The translations under genes and the position numbers were made by a program. From the human T2T-CHM13v2.0 reference genome, Homo sapiens: a stretch of DNA of 64,000 bases. The notes under the pieces were generated by a model, which saw only the letters and a program-made list of their open reading frames with translations, was not told where the DNA came from and did not search any database. Location: NCBI RefSeq assembly GCF_009914755.1, contig NC_060937.1; one strand, 5' to 3'. Position 1 is the first letter of the stretch; every line of letters starts with the position of its first letter. Shown piece by piece: positions 40,555 through 53,908 of the stretch.

Positions 40555-40870
40555 TGTATTGTAAGATGCTTTTCATGTCAAAGTGTTCCAAAACCCTTTG
40601 CAAGCGCACATATAAACAGGCATTACTTCACCGCCATTGAAATGCAGCCACCTCTTGGACAAAATGTGGCCGCTGTTTAATAATGCATAGCAACATTCCA
40701 AAACAATGGAGGCCTGGAAGTAAGGGGCAAACTTGCATCCAACTCAAATCACCTGGGAAGTTTTCTGGGCTGAGTTAGTTGTGCTGTAAGGGAGCTTTTG
40801 TAACTGCAGGAGGCCAGGACATTAGTTTGACGTCTGTTTAGGAAAGTAGGCTCCATTCTGCTCAGCACCC
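40555..40870 (-). mobile_element. AmnSINE1 (ancient amniote Deu-SINE)
   Basis: ttacttcaccgccattgaaatgcagccacctcttgg...gctgtttaataatgcatagcaac...ggaagt and ccaggacattagtttgacgtct...gaaag match the remembered AmnSINE1 consensus (TTACTTCACCCACCACTGAAATGCAGCCACCTCTGG...GCTGTTTAACAGCGCACAGCAAC). Confidence 0.8.
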
Positions 40871-41409
40871 CTGGATCACGCTCACCTGTTAAATCATCCA
40901 TGTCCCAGACTGTATGTAACTTGATGGACAGTCCTCTGAAATGGGGCCAGTTTTTGATACCAGCTGACAGAGGGGCTGGGCAGTATGGAGAGGTGGCCTT
41001 TCATGAGAGACAGGGTGGGCAGACCCCTGCAACAAGATTTGGAACTGGGAATGGTCCTGGGTGATAGAAAGCAGAGATTCATCCAATTCTTTCTGGTTAC
41101 TGTAAAGTGTGTTCTCCAACTTTGGAAATCTTTCCCACAAATTCATTAACCTCTGGTCTATGCCATCCTTCATACTGATCTACTCTGATGGGCCACAGAT
41201 CTTGAAAAAGAGCCAGAAAAAATGTCTCTTTTTGGACCAAAATTTGATTAGCAAAAATAGCTTATCCTTTAGGCAAAAGAATAACTCAATTTACAAGTAG
41301 ATTAACCTGTTCTGAATAGGAAAATCAAAGCTCAATGACCACTTGTATTGCTTTACACCTTCTGTGGTCCCCAGGGTAGTGTGATTATTTTTATGGATAA
41401 AGAGGGAAG

Positions 41410-41706
41410 TCAACACAGCATACTAAAACTTACGGGATGCATTAGAAGAAGTGCTCACAGGGAAATTGATCGCTGTGCATGCATACATTAAAGAAAAATG
41501 AAAACCTCAATGTAATAACCTAGTCATACACCTTAAGGAACTAGGAAAAGAGGAGCAAATTAAACCTCAAACCAGCACAGGGAAGAAAATAAAGATTAGA
41601 GTGTAGAGAAGTAAAATAGAGAATAAAAAATTATAGAGAAAATCAAAACCACGAGTTGATTTTTTGGAAAGATCAAAGGGTTGACAAGCCTTTAGCTAGA
41701 CTAAGA
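41410..41706 (+). mobile_element. Isolated internal L1 ORF2 fragment (post-endonuclease region)
   Basis: Degenerate match to TYQNLWDAAKAVLRGKFIA...HLKELEKEEQ..KPK...SWFFEKI..IDKPLARL (caccttaaggaactagg; ttgacaagcctttagctagact). Confidence 0.88.
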
Positions 41707-42724
41707 GGAGGAGAGTCCATCGTGGCAGGGTCTTTTTCTTTCATTCTGGGGGCTTGATGGGGCTGGGCTGGTCTCTTTTCTCACTCACAGAAAGATCTGG
41801 GAGTCTTTTCAGTGTTGTCTTGGATGACGGAGTGTAGTGGAGCATCCAAGACCCTTCCTGGGAGGCTGTGTGTCACAGGTCAAAGAAAACTGTGTGTCCT
41901 CCACACCCTAAATATTCTTATATGAACAAAAAAGGAAACACAAACATCCAAGGCCATCCTACAGTGGAAAAGAGCAGCCTGGAGCTGGGGCGGGGGCTGG
42001 CAGGCAGAGCCCGGGCTGAGTCAGATTAGGAGGAACATGCGGTGGTGGGGATGATGTTTGCAGAGTGATTGTCTAGCCAAGGTCTTGGCTAGAGCCATTG
42101 GCTGGTAGGGCCACTGCGGTCCCTACCCTGAATCACCCTGGAGCCCAGCAGCTGTCTTCTCAACATGCAGGAACCAGGGCTGTGGTTCCAATTCACCGTA
42201 TCCTGGTGACAGTTCTGATTCTCCATGGAAAATTCCGTATTTCCCAACTAGGTCCAAATTAAATATTGACTTTACTAATTTTAAATTGTTTCACCCAGAG
42301 ACATGTACTTTTATAAGGACATTCTGAAGAAATATTTTGAGTGATTGCTAAGGCACTTCTGCTAGACAAGGCTTCATGGAGGTGCAGTTGTGGGGAGCAG
42401 CAGAGATGTGCCTGCAGCAAGCATCCTGGCCTGTGGGAGGGGCAGCAAGAGCCTGGAACCCTGAAACACTGCCCCTGACCAGGCACGGGGCACAGCTGCT
42501 GGGCTCCTTTGGCGTGTTCACCGTGCATGTCTTGCGGAAGCTGTCCCCTCTGCCCTGCAGGACATCTCAGCGTCCTCTGAGTCCTGGTGATTTGTAGGCT
42601 CTTCTTCTGCCTGGCTGTGGATACACAGTGTTTCACGCCTGGGCTAGCCTTAGGGACTACCAAGGGTCCCCTTTCTCTGGGTGTCTTTCTTACCTAATCC
42701 ACATTTCACTTCATCTCTACGGCG

Positions 42725-43151
42725 TGTCCAAAAGCAAAATTTCAACAAATGGAGTTGACAGATTGAGTTGACTGTTATTAGTCATAGCCCATCTAAAGAT
42801 TTAGACGGGTGCTGCACTGGGCATGACAGTTGGTTTCTATAAGGCTGCTTGAGCAGGAGCAAGGAAATGGCATAATACAAAAAGCAGGTGGGCTAACATC
42901 TGGTGATTTCAGGTTGCTTTTCTCCAAAGGGTTAAAGCAGAGGGGATTTCCTTATCATGCTGGCTGAAAGTGGCTTCCTTAGAAATTTGGCTGTTATCTC
43001 TCCTGATTTCTCAGAAGGCCAGATAAACACTTTCATTTCTGTTTGGTGGCATGAAACTTTAGCCTGAGTGACTCCATTTTGGTGTGATCTGTTGAGGCGT
43101 AGTTTCGGAGCTCACTCCAAATCAATGGCCTCCCTTAAGTCATATTTAGCA
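42725..43151 (-). mobile_element. MER31 (ERV1) solo LTR
   Basis: Reverse strand reads TGCTAAATATG..GGAGGCCATTGATTTGGAGTGAGCTCC...CCAAAATGGAGTCACTCAGGCTAAAGTT...GCATGATAAGGAAATCCCCTCTGCTTTAACC. Confidence 0.85.
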
Positions 43152-45833
43152 AGTACCAGCAACGTATGTCTCCAGCACAACTGGTGGAACCAAGTTAGTT
43201 CCGTTTGACGATTGTTAGGATGTTCTCCAGTCACCTTCCCTGCCCCCTCACTTGATGTCAGGTCAATGTGTTATCTCACCCAGGAGAGCATTGTTCTTGA
43301 AAGCCATCCTCTACTCATAAAAAGCAGTGATTCTCCAGGGCATGTAAGGGAATTTGGTGTTTTTTCTGAATAGGAGGGAGAGACATCAACAGATGTATTG
43401 GAATGGATTGGGAGTTGGAGGTGATGAGACTGGAGTTTGGGATCCGTCCAGGAACCTAATAAGATGATCCTATAGAGAGACGTTGGGGTCTTATCAAAAG
43501 CGTTGGCCAGAGGAAACTGTTACCGGGAGCTACCACTCTTCCCTTCAAAAATGAAACTGACATTGACAGGATGAGGACATTTCTCCATAACGAATTCCAG
43601 GATCCTTTGTGGAATGCATGTGGCGGTGTAGGCACTGGGCTGGGAGTGGTATGCACAAGAAGGAGTGTGTCCTGGTTCTGCCCTCGGGGACCTCTCAGAA
43701 ACTTGACGGAGACTTTCATGCTAACGCTGGTATAGCAAGCTCACCTGCATCGTAATTATGCGTTTCACACAGGCTTAATGAAATAGTAGACACAAAACGC
43801 AGGATAATTACTTAAAATTGAGGCAAGACATTTTCTTGTATCCTGTAAGTATTAATGTTTAGTGACCCAGACAAGCCTCTTTTAAACTTTTTTCTTTGAG
43901 CCATTTATAATATACCAAACTTTGTCTAGGAGGAAAAAAGTCACACTGGTTAGTCCTCATACTATCTTCTGTTCAATCAACCTACCTTGTCTCTTCTAGA
44001 AATTATTATTTCCACACTTAGTGCAAGCACAGTAAACACTTATTTAGTATTTTTATTCTTTAACCTTTTTAAAATTTCTATGAATATATAATAGTCATAT
44101 TGTATTTTAAATATTAAAAATTATACTTATTCATTAGTATGCAAAGCAAAAGAAAACAAAACCCAGCGAAATGTTAGGCATCTTATTCTCTAGGATTTAT
44201 TCATGTTGTAAAAAAATGGCTTGGCTTTTTGCTTAGATAGGAGCACTTGACCTGTGTTTGTGAATTTTGTAGGATTTCCTATGTCTTATTCTGCAGGCAG
44301 CATTGACAATCGCCGTGCATGCACCTTAGCATCTCTCTGTAGTGGATCAGCCAGGAATTGCTGACAAGGACCCCGCATGGATAAGGATGTATGTGTGGCC
44401 ACAAGGAAATCTTTCCTGGCTGAGGCTGAGTTGGAGACCCTCTGTGTGCTTCCCTGTCACCTGGGCTCACCTGTCCTGACACTCCTGATTTGACCTGCTG
44501 CCTGAATGAGCCGCAGCTGATGGAGTGAGTAACAAAACGGAAAGCTTCCCTCTCTGTGCCCTCTCACAGGAGGGGATAATAGCTGTTGGTTTTCCAAGAA
44601 TAGGCATTCTTAGACATGACTGGGATGACAACAATAACAGTTAATTATCAACAGAGAGGAAACTAAAAGAACTCAATGTCCTGACTTAAAGGAATGCGGG
44701 CAAAGGATAGTGGGTCAAACCCGCATTCGTAAGGGTTAGACTTTTCTATGTAAGTATTGAGTTGTGGAAGTCAGAATGTAATAATTATTAGTGATAGGGC
44801 CAGTAGGGTGTTGACTTACCTCATGGATTATATAAAACCCCTGGTCTTTGGCACCTTCCTAACATTGGACGTAGGTCACCCCTGCACAAGCAGCGAAGGA
44901 GCAAGCACTAAGATCTAACCTCCAAGTGCATGTCCAAGCTTAGCTTCTGTGACTTTTCTCCCAAAGCCTGACTCATCTACTCCCAGTCCCCGATGCATCT
45001 TACCTTTTGAGCGTGCTATGTAAGAATTTGCCCCCTCTCTGCCTGGCAGTAAATGTTGTCGGTGAAGTGGTTCCATCAACAGGAATTCACGTAGAGCAGT
45101 GGGGTTGTTGAAATATAAAACTTATTCTGATTCCTCTTTACTCAGAATTACTTCTGTTGTTCTAAGTTAGTCATGTGTAGAGACTACTGACAATGCTAAA
45201 ATCATTCACTGGGCAGATTGAAATGCATTTTGTGGATGTTTTCTCTCTTAGAAAAATAATTGTTATCATTTGAATTTTTTTCTGCGTCTTAGAAATATTT
45301 TTCTCCTTGTGTTCCTGTATGATTGGTTTGGTGCACATCTTCACTTAACTCTCCACGATTCTCTCAGGTTCTGATGATATGAGAGACTGACTCCAATACC
45401 TCTGTGTCCCTAGGAGATTGTAATTGAAATGCGAGCTCTTAGCATTTTCTCTGTTTTGAGCTTAAAACTGAAGAACTAAAAAAAAAGGAATTATTAGAGA
45501 CATCATTTTAAACATTCTTTCTCAATGGGTTTTCATAGATAGAGATGCTTTACTAAATGTTGAATTATTTTGGTAAGTGATTATACATCTTTACATTCAG
45601 GACAGGAGCCTTTCAATTTGTGTTTTTGTGTTGCTGAGGTCACTGTTTTTTGTTTGTTTGTTTGTTTGTTTTTCCGTTTGTGGGTGGGTATTTGGAGGTA
45701 AGAAAGGTGGTGAACTCAAGAGTAGAAGTCACAGAAGTTACATGACACTTTAAGTTTGAGAAAGGACTGAATGAGCCACGTTTAACAAAGTCAGACTTGT
45801 TACAGAAAAAGAAACAGAAAACCTTTAGAAAAT

Positions 45834-46152
45834 GGCATATAGCTCATGCTTGTAATCCCAGCACTTTGGGTGGCTGAGGCAGGAAGACTGCTTGAGGCCA
45901 GGAGTTCAAAACCAGCCTGGGCAACATAGCGAGATTCTGTGTCTACAAAAAATAAAAATAAAAAATAAAAATAAAAAAAATTAGCTGGGCATGGTGGCAA
46001 ACATTTATAGTCCCAGCTCCCTGTGGGGCTGAGGTGGGATTGTTTGAACCTGGGTAGTTGAGGCTACAGTGAGCCATGATCATGCTACTGTACTCCAGAC
46101 TGGGTGACACAGTGAGGCCCTGTATCAAAAAAAAAAAAAAAAAAAAAGAAAA
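45834..46152 (+). mobile_element. AluJ
   Basis: J-type GCTTGAGGCCAGGAGTTCAAAACCAGCCTGGGCAACATAGCGAGA; expanded middle A-rich region; poly(A) tail. Confidence 0.94.
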
Positions 46153-47354
46153 TCGCAGAGTACAAAAACTAAGAGATGCATTCTGGAAAAATAACAAAAC
46201 GTGCCGCCAGTCCTAACACCTCTATGTTTTGTATTTTAACCCCCTCCTTGGTTAAGTGAAGGGGAAGTGAAGACCACAGTGACTCGTTTCCTTTAGAAAC
46301 ACTGCTTATTGGCCTGACATCATGGAAAGAAATTTCCCCAGCTATTTTGGTAGTGGTGGTAATTCAACCCTGAATGTAAGAACTGAAACCTTCTCCCACA
46401 TCTGAGGTCACCATAAACCATTGTGCAAGTCACTAACTCTTTGGCCATTTCAAGTCATTGTTTGTCTTTCTAACAACAGTCTCCATAAATCAGTCACTCG
46501 GGTGTTCTCAGGCATTGGAATGAAGTGTGAGTTTTCTCATCCTTGGAAATTAATTGAAATCAACCAGGAGGATCAGATGGCAAGGTGATGAAATCAGAGT
46601 CAAAGGAGGGATGGACTAAGAAGCGGAGCCTTGGCCTGCATGCTCCTCGAGGCCTCCGGTTCCCCTTTGCTGATGTGCTCTCCCCAGTGCAATTGAGTTT
46701 GTTTTCACTTCCTGTTATTCCAATAGGTCATCACTCTTGGTGTGTGAATGTTTGACCTCTCCCTGTTTCATTACCCAAACCACCGCCCCATCAAAACACC
46801 AGCAACAACTGCAGCTTTAGGAGAAGGATGCCAAGTTTGATTTGTTTTTTAGGTAAAGAGTCATCTGATTTTAGCAAGATGGTAACCTGGTGAATGTAAA
46901 AGTGAAAAGTTCAGCTCAACAAGGGCTATGTTTTTCTTGTAGATGTCAGAGGATATTTTTCAGATGGTTCTAAAGTGGTTTCTTTTCCTCAGGTGAATAG
47001 TAATACTTTGGACTATTTTCTTTGGGGTTATGGAGATAACCTGAAATTGCTCTTCCTTTATCTGAGTATGGTTTCCATGGTTGTACATAAAAGATGTGCT
47101 GTCATTACCGAAACACATAGAGGAAAATACCTATTTTCACTTGTATCCATTGCATGTGATTTTTTGGCTCTAGTTCATGAAATTGACCTGTCAGTGAAAA
47201 ACATATTTCACTGGAGAAATGCCTAAGAAAGTGTTGTTATAACTAACATCCTATTCCTTCTGTTTCTACATCATGGAAAGGTGTGATGTTTTCAGTCTAT
47301 GTTAAACATTTTCCCGGAGGTGTTTTGTACTAAGACGTTTATTCATTTGGAAAA

Positions 47355-47550
47355 TGTTAGCGTAAAGTCCAAGGACTTTAGAATCAGATCCATTCCTCTG
47401 TGTATTAACTGGGCAGATTGGCTAATCTTTCTGATCATCAGATTCCAACATTCATAAAGTAGGAAGAACAATGTCTACTGTTCAAGATCCTTACTGGGTT
47501 TAAAGGCAGTGCAGCTAAGGACACTGCCTGGCATGTTCCGGACATTCTTT
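47355..47550 (+). mobile_element. MIR
   Basis: ggactttagaatcaga...ctgggcagattggctaatctttctga...cataaagtagg...cactgcctggcatg. Confidence 0.6.
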
Positions 47551-47571
47551 CAGCCAGTGGAGGTTTTCTAG

Positions 47572-47881
<310 letters not shown>

Positions 47882-50019
47882 ATTCTGACTCTACACAGTG
47901 CTCCATTGAGTTTCTTACCACAGTTGTAATGCTGCTGGTGGTATGGTTACTAATTTGCTTGTCCTTTGCCAAAATTCATTTGGCTATTTTTATCAAGGAA
48001 CAAAAGGGAGATACGGAGCCCCTCTGCTTTTGATGTGTAAACTCAGAGCCCTGTGATTTTTAACATAGTTGAGGTGTTTGATATATAGAGTATTTAATGT
48101 GAAGATTCTTTTACAATTTGGTAAAATTGTTGTTTTGACTATTGGTCTGTTGCTTGACTATAAGACTGGGTGTTGAAATATCCTTATTCCAATGAATTTA
48201 AAAGCCATTTCTCCTGTGATAGAGGTAAATCATTTGAAACTGCACTTATATTGTCTCCAAAGGAATATTGCATTGTTCCTGAAGAAAAATCAGGTTATAT
48301 TTCTTAGGATTTGGTAAACAATGAAGGTTACCATAGAATTTTAATGATGACAGCCTTGCAACACCCTTATCATTTTTTGTGTCTGACATTTTCTTTTTGG
48401 TGGCTTGCCCTGGTGATCTTTGTATCAGTAGTATCTGTTATCTGTGCCTTGTAGAATAAGCTTTCTGGGGTAGATGTTAATATTGAGCTCAGTACAAATT
48501 GATCCCATCAAAAAAACTTTCAAAGTCAGTTTCTTTGTTTTGATTTTCATAGTATAGTAATAAAAATGGCTTAAGTCAGGGGATCTAAGGCTGGGCTTGA
48601 GCAGATAAATTAACACACTTGTGGGAATTGGCTCTTGTCTTTAGGCGCCTCAGCTGGGAGTCATTTGTTTGGAATAGGCGACATTTGGCCTCTATCTAAT
48701 AGTGGGAAATGGACGAGGATTTGAGTGGGCACAGGACCCAATGGGAGCAGATGCAGATGCCCACCAGGCTTGGAGGGCTCCAGAAAGACAGGGATGGGGG
48801 TGGGAGCAAAGACTGTAATGAGCTCACTCCAAAAGAAACGGGGCAGGCAGTTCCTGAAAGTGAATCGCCAACTGATTGGAGGGCAGTGCAGCTTATTTTA
48901 GAAATTGAACACAACTGGGCTCTTTGACAGAAAAGCGTGGCTGGGTAGGGGTGTGGAATTAAAAACTATCTTACCATTGTCCAGTAGGATGGGGAAGACT
49001 TGAGGGCAGACATTAGAGAGAAGAATATTTAATTATTTAACATCCGCTGGTATCATAGGGATCAACATGTCCCTTCTCTGTGGAATATAAGCCATGAAGC
49101 AGCATTGAGAAGAGATCATGCAGGTCAGACAGAGCTTCAATAAGTACTGTATAAAAGAACAGAGAGCCAAACAAACTGATGCCTCCCTGGATGCTTTTCA
49201 AGGGCGTATGGATCCTAGGTATAAAGGTCTCTATGGCCAATGAGTTGTGGGGGATAAAGGCTTTGGATGCCATCCTGAAAATCTTATCCCTGCTGAACCA
49301 TGGGACCTCAGTGTTGCCAGATGGGATGGCTTCTCTGTGGCAGGTCTGAAATGCATTTGAGGGTATGGGGTGGGAGTGTGCTGCTGAGTTGGGCTCTTAA
49401 TGGACAGATGAACATCTCACCGAAATTTCCCGGTATTTGGAAGTAATTGGTGACTTGTTTCCATCCTAATTGACAGCCTCAAAACCAAGATCATGTGCAT
49501 ATAGTGATTGAATTAGCCCTTCCTCCCCCAGCCCTACCCCTGCCCCACCCCCAGCATCCCAGATGTTTACTGTAGCTCAGGCGGACTCCAGGGCACTAAT
49601 TGATGTAAGAGGATAGAAACTCTTGTGTGCCTGATAGGCCGTGAACATCTGTGCTTTGTAATATATATGACTATAACCTTCTTAAAGGATTTATGTTCCT
49701 TATACAAGAACAAGAGGAAAAAGAAAGCCACTCCCTGATCCCTACTCCTAACTATCAGAATAGTGAATTGGAAAAGGATCTGAGACAGCCCTCGATCTGA
49801 ACCTCAGTTTTGGGAAGCAGTGACATACCTCTGGGACTCAAAGCAAGTCACTTGGCCCTGCTAGACTTTGGGATGGCCCCGGCACTGTGCCAACTCTTTC
49901 AAAAACATTACCTCATTTAGTGCTGAAGCCACCCATGTCTTGCTTTCTTTTGCATAAAACTTGTTGGATGAAAAAGGACCTGGTTAAGGTTTAAAATACG
50001 ATTTGTAATAATAATAGAA

Positions 50020-50240
50020 TAATAGGCTCTGTGTTTTGAGCACATTCCACATGCCAGGCATGTGATACTTACAATGTATGTTTCCAAACACCGTCTCATT
50101 TAATCTTTAGAGTAACCCTATGAGGCAGGTACTGATTGAGGTTGGTAAATCTCAGGTCGTAAAGATAGTATGCCATGTTGTGAAGATAGGAGTAGAAATC
50201 TAAATCCCAAATTATTGTATTTAAAATCCAGAGCATCTTT
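50020..50240 (-). mobile_element. MIR
   Basis: ttgagcacattccacatgccaggca...tctcatttaatctttagagtaaccctatgaggcaggtact. Confidence 0.7.
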
Positions 50241-53200
50241 TGGCAAATCTGTATTTTAGCTTCCTAGAACTATACTGAAATTTTTTCTGGAGTAATGAAG
50301 TAGTAATGAGTAATGAAAACATTAGCAATTCTAGTCATTCTTCACCACCATAACAAAGAATTCAAGATTTCTTTTTATGTGGATCTCAGAAATCTGATGA
50401 CATACCTGGAGTGTTCTTCTGGAGGGAATATTTACACTTTACCTTTAGGATATCACACAACTCTCTTGTCCATTTCTAGCCAAGTCCCACAGAAGCCCTG
50501 CGGGTCACTGAGCATTGACCCCAGAAGTTCGCATTTTCTTTGTTCTTGTCTTGAAAGCTACAAGCAGATGAAAATCTTAGATCCATGCATATGTGTGCTG
50601 TAGGGCTATGGCTTTCTTTACTAAATGAAGGCATCTTCAAACTTTGAGAAAACACTTTGCTTATGTAGCTGAAATCACATCAAATGTTTGCTTTCCTTTT
50701 CTTGTTGTTGCTGCTGATGCTATTTTTCAGGCAAACACTGAGCTTGAGACAGAGAAATCTTCAAGAGTATGTTTCATAGAGGTGTTTCAGCTTCTCTGGC
50801 AGAAAAGAACCCACAAGTTCAAAAATGAACATGGACCTCTTGAAACAGACTGTATTCTAGCCCCGATCTCAGGCAGGCTCCTGACCCACAGAAAGAACAT
50901 GTTCTCCAGTATATCTGTTATCACAGAAGGAGAAAAAAGATGGAATCTGACATGGCTACAGCTTTAGGCAGACAATATTATGTATAAGCATTTTTTTTTT
51001 ATAATTGACAAAGGTAGTAAAACTAAGAAAGTGATACGCTTCATTCTTTTAGTCATAAAAATGGACTTTTCTTTGGTTACTTTCACTGACTGCTTAAGTA
51101 GCTTTCCAAACTCAAATCCTATTGAGACCTGACACAGAATTGTCTTAAGTTCTTTCTTCTCCTCTCCCTCTGGCATATCAAGGGTCAGCCTAGATGTTCC
51201 ATCTCAGCGTTCTCCACATCCCTTTGCAGATGGCGGAGGAATGGGGAGGCAGGATCTTCAGTGGTAAAAGGATGTGTTAGTAGAGGAGAGCCAAGGAGAG
51301 CACACCCTTATCTGTGCTTGAAGGTGAGAGGGAAGGGGTGGTCAGTGGGTCAGCTCTGGTCCTGCTGAGGATGGCCCCGGTCTCCAGGCAGTGAGGGCTG
51401 AAGGGAGGACAGTCAAAGAGAATGGACTCAAGGCCGTCAGAGCAGGGCTGGAACCCATGACTCGCCATGAGTTTACCCGGGCATGTAGGTCCCATTTGGG
51501 ACAAGGGACAGAACCTTTGAAACCAGCAGATGTCACCAGTGCATACCCAGTGAGCCATGCAAGGTCAGAGGGTCCCCCTTCCCAATGGGAGGATATGTGG
51601 GTTGTCTTCTACCCTTTACACCTGGATGCCGTCTTAGGGAGCTGAGTAGGAGAGACCCACTGGTAGAGACAAGGCGTTTCTATCTGGGAGAGACTGAAGA
51701 CTGCATAAAAGAGAAGGTTCCAATGATCTGATGGAAAGGCCAGGCTGCTAACAATGCATATCACTTTTCAGCACATTTGAATTAAATGCTTTAAGTGGGC
51801 AAATGTTGCAGCTTCATCGTAGCTGCTAAACCCAAACAGTGAATCTCCAGCTGATGGATCCGCAGAGAGGAGACAATCTGAGTCCGTTTTTGATCTGTCT
51901 AAATTACACAGCAGGACCGGCTTCTTTGCCCACTGTACTCATGTAACCTGTGACCCTGTGACCTGTTTAATCTTTGATTGACCTTAAAGCATCATATGCT
52001 AAATGCATCAGTATCTCTAGTATATATTGGATAAACCAGAGGTCTAACTTGGAGACCTTTCTGAGTAAACAGTAAATACCTTTTGGTACACTAAATGTTT
52101 TTCTGCAAATCTTCCAGTCCTTTGCCACGGCCATATTTAGCTCCTTCCTTTGTTTCGCTCTCACTTGGTCCCCACTAGTAATCATCTCAGACTTTATATG
52201 GAATGCCCCTGCTTTTCCAGTGTGAAATTCTTTTTGGAGGATCTGAAACAAGGAGAATGAGTCACTGACACGAACACATCTCAAATGCTAGTATTATGGC
52301 TTTAACCACCTTCCTACAAGCTGCCAGCCCTATGCCTCCAGAAAGCTGTGCGGCTGTTCCCCTGACCTCACACACAGGTCAGCTGCTTGGAGGTCGAGGT
52401 CAGGCCAGGATGCGCAAATGAAATTGTGAGGTTCATCTTGCCCTCACGCAGCCCAGAGTAGTTGAGGGAAGAGCTGCAGGTTTGGCCTTGAGCTTGGGAA
52501 GCTCTGAGTGATCAGCTGGGAAACATGGCCTGGGCACAGCCCTCTGCCTAGCTGTATTACTTAAGGTCCCCTGTGAGCTCCCGGCATCACAAAGTGTAGC
52601 AATAAACCATCACCATATGTGCCATGGTACCTCTTAATGCACATTCTGGGAAATGTCTTTCAAGGAACGCTGTTGTACAATGGAATTAATTTTCACAGGT
52701 AACTTGTAGGACCAAAAGTTTTATTTTTAAAAAAATGCTCTAAAATTTCCATGACTTCAGCACCTGGAAAAGCTGTAGAGCCTAACGGGGCATCCCATTA
52801 GACAGGCCTGAAAAAGAGCAGATGGAAATTCTGAGGGTGAAGTGAAAACAGATGGGAGCTCTGCAGGTGAAACATGAACTTGAGTATTTCAAAGTTCATA
52901 TTGCTGAACGTAAAATCCCATTAAGTGCGTTCCGATAAAGAGTTAAACTGACAAGCTGCCTGGTGATCTCCCTCCTTGTGAGTTTCCAACGCATTTTGCC
53001 ACGGACAGTTTCTGTGGCTGGGGTTAAAAAGTACTTCCTCCAAGGCTGCCCGCTCATTTGCAAATGGCAGGTCTTCAAGCTGCACTTTCTCCTGCCTGGG
53101 ACTCCAAGGTGGCGGCCTTGTAAACAGGGAGACATGGTTCAGCCTCTTTCTTTTTCTTTTTTAGCTGGTTGCTTGTCTGTCCCCTGTAATTTCCCCATCT

Positions 53201-53569
53201 CCATTTAGACAGCTGTGCACCCACGGAAAGCTGTGCTGGCCAGGCAGGCCGGCTGGTGCTCTGGCCAGTCTGAAGCCTTCTGGTGTTTTGAAAAGATGTC
53301 ACTTCATCCCACAAATGTCCCCTTCTGTGAAAGAGGCCAAACTGTGTGACACAGCTATCCTCCGCGCAAGAAGGGCCTGGCACTCAGCGTGGTGTTTACT
53401 AGCAGTGGGTAGTCCACCACCTGCTATTTCTTAAATGGCATAGAACTCTGCAAGTTGCAGGAGATAAATAGGTTCTAAATTTACTTGAGTCTGTGTAAGT
53501 GACCTGAACAGCCCAAAGGGAAGATTCTCTCTGATGAAGGGGCTGGCTCTTCACTTTGGTGCTTGCTTT

Positions 53570-53577
53570 GTGTGCGC

Positions 53578-53622
<45 letters not shown>
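53570..53622. repeat. Compound microsatellite (CG)9(TG)15 occupying the Alu tail
   Basis: (CG)9 at 53575-53592 and (TG)15 at 53593-53622. Confidence 0.97.
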
Positions 53623-53626
<4 letters not shown>

Positions 53627-53908
53627 AAGAGACAGGGTCTTATGCTGTTACCCAGGCCAAGTGCAGTGGTACCATCATAGAGCTCACTGCAGCCTCAACC
53701 TCCTGTGCTCAAGCAATCCTCCTGCCTTGCCCTCCCAAGTAGCTGGGACTACAGGTGAGCACTACCACACCTGGCTAATGTTTATTTATTTTTTATAGAG
53801 ACAGAGTCTCACTATGTTGCCCAGGCTGGTCTCAAACTCCTGGCCACAAGTGATCTTCCTATCTTGACCTCCTGAGTAGCTAGGAGTACAGGAGCCACTG
53901 TGTCTGGC
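53570..53908 (-). mobile_element. AluJ
   Basis: GAGACAGGGTCT...ATAGAGCTCACTGCAGCCTCAACCTCCTGTGCTCAAGC (J-type); perfect 14-bp TSD TTGGTGCTTGCTTT at 53556-53569 and 53909-53922. Confidence 0.94.
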
